From assembly GCA_014727845.1 (NCBI GenBank), contig WJMR01000378.1:1-48144 (forward strand): DNA of 48,144 nt. Reading direction: 5' to 3'. Positions 42,251-48,144 of the stretch are shown here, in pieces (the stretch's first letter is position 1; the number at the start of each line of letters is the position of its first letter). The stretch comes from Ignavibacteriales bacterium (GTDB lineage: Bacteria > Bacteroidota > Ignavibacteria > Ignavibacteriales > Ignavibacteriaceae). The notes under the pieces were generated by a model. That model was given only the letters and a program-made list of their open reading frames with translations. It was not told where the DNA came from and searched no databases. The position numbers and the translations under genes were made by a program.

Positions 42251-44429
42251 CCGACCGACGCATAGCGACGACAAGGAATCCGCGCGGCTGAAGGGCGTCG
42301 TTAAATCCTACACGTACTTCAACGAGGAGAACGGCTTCAGCGTTATCCGTTTGGAAAATCGGAGCGTCGTCGTCGGGAACCTGCCGCGTTTCGACGAGGG
42401 GGAGTCGGTCGTCTTTCTCGGCGAATGGACGAAGCATCCGAAGTACGGCGCGCAGTTCGCCGCGACGGGCGTGGAAAGCGGCGAGACCTCCACGCCCGAC
42501 GCGCTGCGGAACTTTCTCGCCTCGGGCGCCATCAAGGGCGTCGGGGAGACGATCGCGGATTTGATCGTCGCGAAGTTCGGCGAGCGCGCCATATCGATTC
42601 TCGACGACGAGCCGGAACGACTTCTGCAAATCGAGGGGATCGGTAAGAAAAAACTGAAAGCAATAAAGGCGAGTTGGGACGAACGTCGCGAGGCGCGGGA
42701 GTCGATTCTCTTCCTGCAAGAGCTCGGCGTCTCCGGCGCCTACGCGTATCGGATCTATAAAAGATTCGGCGCGCGGACGTCCGAAGTGGTTCGAGAAAAT
42801 CCGTATCGACTCACCTACGAAGTGTGGGGCGTCGGATTCAAGACCGCCGATATGATCGCGCGGAAGCTCGGCTTCGACGAGCATCATCCGTTGCGCGTGA
42901 AGGCGGGACTCGAATACGCGCTGACCGAGGCGGCTAACCAAGGGCACTGTTTTTTACCGGAGGACGAGTTGATTGGCGCGTGTCGCGACTTGCTCGGCTA
43001 CGAGTTGACGCGCAACGATCCGCTTGTGGAGGATTTGTTCTTCGAGGGGCGGTTGGTCGTCGAAGAGAATCGCGTGTATCTCGCCGCCTACTACGCCGCC
43101 GAACGAGGGACCGAACATCACATTGCGCGTCTGACGTCGTTCGCGAAGAGGGAGCCGCCGCAAACCGACAAGATCGACGCGACCGGGGACGTCGCCTATA
43201 CGGCGGAGCAACGAGAGGCGATCGCCCTCTCGACCGCGCCCGGCGCGGCGATTCTCACGGGCGGTCCGGGGTCGGGCAAGACCACCGCGCTCAAAGGCGT
43301 CGTCGAGATCAACAAGGAGCTGAAGCGGAAGATCGCCCTCGCCGCCCCGACGGGCAGAGCGGCGAAGCGAATCGCCGAAGTGGTCGGCGTCGAGGCGAAG
43401 ACGATCCACCGTCTGCTCGAGTACGACCCGATGACGAATCAATTTGCTTACGACGAGAACCAACCGCTCGGCGTCGATCTCTTGGTCGTGGACGAGGCGT
43501 CGATGATCGACGTCCTGCTGATGTATTCGCTCGTGCGCGCTCTGCCGGATAAGGCGACGCTCTTCATCGTCGGCGACAAGGACCAGCTCCCTTCGGTCGG
43601 CGCGGGGGACGTATTGCGCGACTTGATCGCGTCGGATATCCTCCCCGTCGTTCGTCTTAATCTCGTCTTCCGTCAAGCGACGAGGAGCGACATCGTCGTC
43701 GCGGCGCACGAGATCAATCGCGGCGAGTTGCCGGGGTTCCGCAACCGAGAGGAGGGCGACCTTTTCTTCATCGAGGAGCCGGAAACCGAGGCGATTCCCG
43801 AACAAGCGCTTAAGCTCTTCGCGGATCGATTGCCGAAGGCGTTTGGGTTGGACCCGCGCGAAGACGTGCAGGTGATTACGCCGATGTATCGCGGCGACGC
43901 GGGCGCCAACAATATCAACGCCTATTTTCAAGAGCGCTTCAACAAGGGGCGCGTGGTTCTTGTGCGCGGGGAGAGAATCTTTAAGGAACGCGACCGCGTA
44001 ATGCAGCTTCGGAACAATTACGAAAAGGAAGTCTTCAACGGCGACTTAGGGTTGGTGGTCGATTACGACAAGGAGAAGGAAAAGCTCGTCGTGGAATTCC
44101 AGTCGCGAAAAGTCCGATACGACGCCACCGAGCTCGACGAGTTGACGCTCGCCTACGCAATCACCGTCCACAAAAGTCAAGGGAGCGAATATCCCGCCGC
44201 TATTCTGTTGCTCACCACGTCGCACTATCGGATGCTTCAGCGTAATCTTTTTTACACCGCGATAACGCGCGCCTCGCGAGCGATGGTGATTCTCGGAGAG
44301 AAGAAGGCGGCGCGCGTCGCCGTAAACAACGACCGCGTTCGACGGCGGCACACGTGGCTCGCCAAACCGCGCGGCGAGTCGTCGGGACGTCCGGACGAGC
44401 TCTTCGACGACTTCGACGCGCCTCGCTAA
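42222..44429 (+). CDS. recD2: SF1B ATP-dependent DNA helicase RecD2
   Basis: Walker A ILTGGPGSGKTT, motif Ia LAAPTGRAAKR, Walker B LLVVDEASMID, motif III IVGDKDQLPSVGAGDVLRDL, and C-terminal AITVHKSQGSEYP. The N-terminal OB/HhH region (IKGVGETIADLIV, IEGIGKKKLKAI) is typical of RecD2. The start is uncertain (TTG 42222 or GTG 42243); either overlaps the MBL gene end. Confidence 0.85.
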   Translation: MNRRSRSVFDRPTHSDDKESARLKGVVKSYTYFNEENGFSVIRLENRSVVVGNLPRFDEGESVVFLGEWTKHPKYGAQFAATGVESGETSTPDALRNFLASGAIKGVGETIADLIVAKFGERAISILDDEPERLLQIEGIGKKKLKAIKASWDERREARESILFLQELGVSGAYAYRIYKRFGARTSEVVRENPYRLTYEVWGVGFKTADMIARKLGFDEHHPLRVKAGLEYALTEAANQGHCFLPEDELIGACRDLLGYELTRNDPLVEDLFFEGRLVVEENRVYLAAYYAAERGTEHHIARLTSFAKREPPQTDKIDATGDVAYTAEQREAIALSTAPGAAILTGGPGSGKTTALKGVVEINKELKRKIALAAPTGRAAKRIAEVVGVEAKTIHRLLEYDPMTNQFAYDENQPLGVDLLVVDEASMIDVLLMYSLVRALPDKATLFIVGDKDQLPSVGAGDVLRDLIASDILPVVRLNLVFRQATRSDIVVAAHEINRGELPGFRNREEGDLFFIEEPETEAIPEQALKLFADRLPKAFGLDPREDVQVITPMYRGDAGANNINAYFQERFNKGRVVLVRGERIFKERDRVMQLRNNYEKEVFNGDLGLVVDYDKEKEKLVVEFQSRKVRYDATELDELTLAYAITVHKSQGSEYPAAILLLTTSHYRMLQRNLFYTAITRASRAMVILGEKKAARVAVNNDRVRRRHTWLAKPRGESSGRPDELFDDFDAPR

Positions 44430-44481
44430 GAATAGCGGACGCGTACATAATTAAAACAACAAATAATGTCTCTATAACAAT

Positions 44482-46833
44482 ATGAGCTTGAAAGAATCTA
44501 TGAAGCCGATATCTCTCCCTCTTTCCGTTCCGCGACGCGATTTCGTTCCCTTTGGATATATCGACAATCCTTGGCACTCGGGAGTCGCCAACCGTTCGGG
44601 CGTTATTCGTTCCGTGCCGCCGCTTGGGTTTGGATTCTGGCGGCGTCGTATGCCGTGGGGATACGCCGACGCGACGAAGGGACCGCGCCACTATCTTTCT
44701 TTTCTACACTTGAGCGTCCGAATCGGCGAGAGTGTTTTCCACGAGTCGGAGGATTTTGAACAACACGACACGCGGCTTGTCTCCCGTTATCACACCAAGA
44801 CGATGACGAGCTTCGACTTCAACCGCGACGGCTTAACGTTGAGCGCCAAATACTTCGCGCCCGAGGAAAGCGCGCTATTGTGCGTCGTTGAAATCCAAAA
44901 CGAAACCGACGAGAGCAAGCGAATCGAGTTGACGGCGACGAACATTTACGGACATCGCGAGGAGAACGATCGATGGTGGGGCGGCGACGGGACGCTCGGC
45001 GTCTATCGCGAAGAGGCGGACGCTTTCGTCGGAAAGATTTGGGCCGGCGGCGACGTCTTTACGATCAAAGCGGATTGCCCGACGGCGGCGCGGCTCGCGA
45101 CGCACGACCGAGAACGATGGAACGAGTGGGTGCGCGAATCGAACAAAGAGAACGTCGATCACAGCGCGGACACTTTTCCCGGCGCCGTGCATAACGCGCT
45201 CCGATTCGACGTCGAGGTTCCGCCCGAAGGCGTTTCGCTATCTATAGTACTTAGCGGCGACACGAACGAACGATACGCGACTGACAAGGCGCGCCGCGTT
45301 CTCAACGACGCCGAAAAACTCGCCGCCTCCGCGTTACTCGAGGACGAGGCGTTCTACAAAAACGCGCCGACGCTCGAGGGCGACTGGAGCGAAGCGTGGA
45401 AGGAGGGGTGGCTGCACGACGTCGAGACGCTCCGCGCGACGGTGCGTCCGCCGAAGGGGATATTTAAGAGCCGGTGGGACGGTATGCAGATTTTCAATCC
45501 GAGGGTTGCGCTCGGCGAAACCGCGCTGGATATGATGTCTATGAGTTACGCGGACGTCGAACTGGCGAAGGAGGTGTTGCTCGGAACGTTCCGCGACGCG
45601 CCGCTTCCCAACGTACCGTGCACGCGCGAGGACGGAAGCATGAACATGATCGGGATGAGCGGGGAGGAGTGCGGCACCGCGCCGACGTGGGGTATGCCGT
45701 TTCACGTGATCCGCTCGATCTACTTGCGGGACGGGGACAAGGAATGGCTCGACCGGATTTACCCGCTCTTGGCGGAATTCCTTGCGTGGTATCTCGATAA
45801 CCGCACCGACGAGGAGGGCTGGTTCTATTCGGACAACAGTTGGGAGTCGGGGCAGGACGGCTCGAAGCGCTTTCTCATCAAGGAAGGCGAGGAGGGCGCG
45901 CAGGCGAAATACGTCCGCACGGTGGACGTCGAGGCGGCGATGGCGAACGCGTTTCGAAATATGGCCGAGTTCGCCGAGGAGCTCGGCAGAGTGGAGGACG
46001 TCGAGAAGTGGGGACGTCTTTCAAAGGATCGCCTCGAACGCGTCGCGTCGATGTACGTTGACGGTTGGTTCCGCGACTTCGACGGCAGGACCGACGAGCC
46101 GATCATCCTTAAAGATTACTTCGACGCGATGATGTTGATGCCCGTCTCGCTCGGGATGGCGACCGACGAGCAAGTCGAGGGCGTGAAGCCGATGTTCCGG
46201 TACTTCCGCGATAATCCGAAGCATTGGCTCGAATGGCCCTCGTTTATGTTCCCCTTCACGGAAGCCGCTTGGAACGCGGGGCTACGGGAGTTCGCCGCGG
46301 AATTGTTGATTGAAACGGGCGACCGCGCTTACGGACGCTCGACGACGCCGGATTTGCAGCCCGTCTCGAAGCGGCATCCGAAACTACCCGACCCCTACCA
46401 CTATCGGATTCCCGGTTGCTCCGGCGAGTTTTGGCCCCTCGAGCTCGACGAGAACCTCTTGAACGGATGCGAGCACTATGGATGGGGCGCGACAATGCAG
46501 CACTTGGCGATTCGAAATGTGATCGGATTCCGCGAGCGCGACGACGCGACCGAGGCGTTTATTCTCGCGCCCGCGTTGCCGGAGCGGTTGCGTCGAGTTG
46601 GCGCGGCGTACGCGATCACTAATCTCCGACATCGGGACCTCGCCTTCGACCTTGAATACCGAGTGGTATCCGAGAAGGAGATTACGATAGTCGTGCGACC
46701 GAAGAACGGCGAATTCTTGATACGTCTCGCCGACGACGGTGGCGCGGCGATCGAGACGAAACGCGAGGAGGGCGCCGTCGTCGCCGTCGTCGCGAATCTC
46801 GGCGTCTATCAGGCGAGCTACGAAAGGGTGTGA
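44482..46833 (+). CDS. cytoplasmic (alpha/alpha)6-barrel glycoside hydrolase, GH63/MGH1-like
   Basis: No signal peptide. The block FYSDNSWESGQDGSKRF resembles the WESGMDNSPR-type motif of GH63/GH37-clan enzymes, and EHYGWGATM resembles their C-terminal acid/base region. The N-terminal ~300 aa are probably a beta-sandwich. Recognition-level only. Confidence 0.5.
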   Translation: MSLKESMKPISLPLSVPRRDFVPFGYIDNPWHSGVANRSGVIRSVPPLGFGFWRRRMPWGYADATKGPRHYLSFLHLSVRIGESVFHESEDFEQHDTRLVSRYHTKTMTSFDFNRDGLTLSAKYFAPEESALLCVVEIQNETDESKRIELTATNIYGHREENDRWWGGDGTLGVYREEADAFVGKIWAGGDVFTIKADCPTAARLATHDRERWNEWVRESNKENVDHSADTFPGAVHNALRFDVEVPPEGVSLSIVLSGDTNERYATDKARRVLNDAEKLAASALLEDEAFYKNAPTLEGDWSEAWKEGWLHDVETLRATVRPPKGIFKSRWDGMQIFNPRVALGETALDMMSMSYADVELAKEVLLGTFRDAPLPNVPCTREDGSMNMIGMSGEECGTAPTWGMPFHVIRSIYLRDGDKEWLDRIYPLLAEFLAWYLDNRTDEEGWFYSDNSWESGQDGSKRFLIKEGEEGAQAKYVRTVDVEAAMANAFRNMAEFAEELGRVEDVEKWGRLSKDRLERVASMYVDGWFRDFDGRTDEPIILKDYFDAMMLMPVSLGMATDEQVEGVKPMFRYFRDNPKHWLEWPSFMFPFTEAAWNAGLREFAAELLIETGDRAYGRSTTPDLQPVSKRHPKLPDPYHYRIPGCSGEFWPLELDENLLNGCEHYGWGATMQHLAIRNVIGFRERDDATEAFILAPALPERLRRVGAAYAITNLRHRDLAFDLEYRVVSEKEITIVVRPKNGEFLIRLADDGGAAIETKREEGAVVAVVANLGVYQASYERV

Positions 46834-46836
46834 GGG

Positions 46837-47241
46837 ATGACCTCGATAAAACGAACGACGACGTTCGCCGAGTGCGATCCCGCCGGCGTGGCGTTCTTCA
46901 GCCGCGCGTTCGAGTGGTGCCACGCGGCGTACGAGGCGCTCGTCTCGGAGGCGGAGCGCGACTACTTTCATGATACCGAACTCGCGCTACCGATCGTCGA
47001 CGCCCGCGCCGACTACCGGCTCCCGCTTACGCGCGGAGAGACGATCGTGGTGAAGGCGGCGACCGAAGAGGTCGGCGAGTCGTCGTATAAAATGATCTAC
47101 GAGATTCTCGACGAGGAGGGGCGCGTCGCGACAACCGCGCGCACCGTCCACGTCTGCGTATCCAAGCAAGAACGGCGCGCCGTTTCGATACCCGACGATC
47201 TGCGGGATTTGTTAAACAGACATCGCGCGGAGGCGCGGTAG
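46837..47241 (+). CDS. hotdog-fold acyl-CoA thioesterase (4HBT/YbgC-like)
   Basis: 134 aa. The N-terminal FAECDPAGVAFFSRAFEWCHAAYE matches the 4HBT catalytic Asp region (xxxDxxGhVxxxxY). It starts 3 nt after the upstream stop. Confidence 0.7.
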   Translation: MTSIKRTTTFAECDPAGVAFFSRAFEWCHAAYEALVSEAERDYFHDTELALPIVDARADYRLPLTRGETIVVKAATEEVGESSYKMIYEILDEEGRVATTARTVHVCVSKQERRAVSIPDDLRDLLNRHRAEAR

Positions 47242-47243
47242 CT

Positions 47244-47888
47244 ATGGCTAAGAAGAAGCTCGACGAAGCGTCTCGCGCGGCGGAAATTCTCGCAATCCTC
47301 AAAGAGTCGTACCCCGACGCCAAGATCGCGCTCGCCTATCGTACGCCGTTCCAGCTGTTGGTAGCGACGATTCTCTCTGCCCAATGCACCGACGAGCGGG
47401 TCAACATCGTTACGAAAGAATTGTTCAAGAGATATAAAGCGCCGAAGGATTACGTCGCCGCGGACGACGAGGAGTTGAAGAAAGACATCTACTCGACGGG
47501 ATTCTTCAACCGGAAGGCGAAGAGCTTGAAGAACTGTTGCGCGGCGCTTGAGGAACGGCACGGCGGAAAGGTTCCGAAATCGTTCGAGGCGCTGGCGGAG
47601 TTGCCCGGCGTCGGGCGGAAGACCGCGTCGGTCGTGGCGGGAAACGCGTTTGGCATACCCGCCGTCGCGGTGGATACGCATGTGCGACGACTCTCAAATC
47701 TACTCGGGTTCATCGACACGAAGAACCCCGACAAAATCGAGTTCCGCCTCCGCGAATTGTTTCCCGAATCGGAGTGGGTGACGTTGGGGCATCTCCTTAT
47801 GTCCCACGGCAGAGCGGTGTGCAAGGCGCGCAAGCCCGAGTGCCCGCGCTGTCCGCTCGCCGAACTCTGTCCATCCGCGAAGACCTAA
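47244..47888 (+). CDS. nth: endonuclease III (DNA glycosylase/AP lyase)
   Basis: FQLLVATILSAQCTDERVN, HhH-GPD block LPGVGRKTASVVAGNAFGIPAVAVDTHV, and C-terminal 4Fe-4S cluster CKARKPECPRCPLAELC. Confidence 0.9.
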   Translation: MAKKKLDEASRAAEILAILKESYPDAKIALAYRTPFQLLVATILSAQCTDERVNIVTKELFKRYKAPKDYVAADDEELKKDIYSTGFFNRKAKSLKNCCAALEERHGGKVPKSFEALAELPGVGRKTASVVAGNAFGIPAVAVDTHVRRLSNLLGFIDTKNPDKIEFRLRELFPESEWVTLGHLLMSHGRAVCKARKPECPRCPLAELCPSAKT

Positions 47889-47898
47889 CCTCGCCGCG

Positions 47899-48144
47899 TT
47901 ATTTCGCGTCCTTCACACACCGGAATCCTACCGTCGCTTGACGGTCGTAGCCGGGCGAGACCATAAGTAGCATCTGTTGCCGACGCACGTTGTGCGGACC
48001 TCCCTCGACGTACCACCAGCTCGAGGTCGGTTTGAAGAAGCTCCCGCCTTTTAGAATCTGGAAGTAATACGTCACGTCGTCGTACACGTCGTTGGTCATC
48101 TGCCACACGTTCCCCACGAGATCCGCGACGCCGAATTGGTTCTC
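47899..48144 (-). CDS. formylglycine-generating-enzyme (SUMF1/FGE-sulfatase) family protein, C-terminal fragment; 5' end lies beyond the right window edge
   Basis: The minus-strand frame is open from the window edge: ENQFGVADLVGNVWQMTNDVYDD...ILKGGSFF...TVGFRCVKDAK*. GNVWEW-like, RGGSW-like and GFRC blocks are the FGE-domain signature. The track lists only the part from an internal Met (48117). Confidence 0.75.
   Translation of the reverse strand, partial: ENQFGVADLVGNVWQMTNDVYDDVTYYFQILKGGSFFKPTSSWWYVEGGPHNVRRQQMLLMVSPGYDRQATVGFRCVKDAK

Noticed and set aside
41417-44429. MBL hydrolase + RecD2 considered as a novel anti-phage defence pair.
   Set aside because: RecD2 has the full canonical domain set of the housekeeping enzyme. 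The flanks are core genes, and there are no other defence-associated genes or mobile-element signatures. It is retained only as a low-interest note.

Overview
This is a 48,144-nt, gene-dense chromosomal segment with high G+C (roughly 60% by eye; divergent promoter regions drop to about 40%). The gene content points to an FCB-superphylum bacterium, either Bacteroidota-like or a related candidate phylum. Supporting features are the type IX secretion (T9SS) genes porU-porV, four proteins ending in T9SS C-terminal sorting domains (CTDs), a CarboxypepD_reg-type TonB-dependent receptor, and a 30-aa bS22/AURKAIP1-type mini ribosomal protein.

Layout, left to right:
- An edge-truncated arylsulfotransferase-like gene (-).
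- porU-porV plus three uncharacterised envelope genes and a DUF1611 gene (+, 1.6-15.0 kb).
- A TonB-dependent receptor, a thioredoxin, and a two-gene sugar ABC permease set that includes a binding-protein/permease fusion (-).
- A methyltransferase-fold gene.
- A stand-alone Cas6 homologue with no CRISPR array or other cas gene in the window, a lower-G+C secreted tandem-domain protein, and an unknown protein abutting tRNA-Ser(GCU) (22.4-26.0 kb).
- A glycan-degrading cluster: beta-helix lyase-like and heparinase II/III-like proteins carrying T9SS CTDs, plus a GH31-PA14 protein without one.
- An ACE-like M2 peptidase, YitT, and a sortilin/BNR protein.
- HU, a zinc-ribbon/TPR protein, the bS22-like ORF, and tRNA-Thr(CGU).
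- An MBL hydrolase, RecD2, a GH63-like hydrolase, a thioesterase, endonuclease III, and an edge-truncated FGE/SUMF1-like gene.

The best candidates for something new are:
1. The orphan Cas6 islet next to tRNA-Ser.
2. The extended porU-porV operon, which carries a catalytically degenerate M6-like/beta-propeller/CTD protein and a peptidase-MA + TolB-propeller + outer-membrane-barrel chimera.

All calls rest on reading the translations and the DNA by eye. No database search, HMM or folding program was run, so family names are recognition-level assignments.
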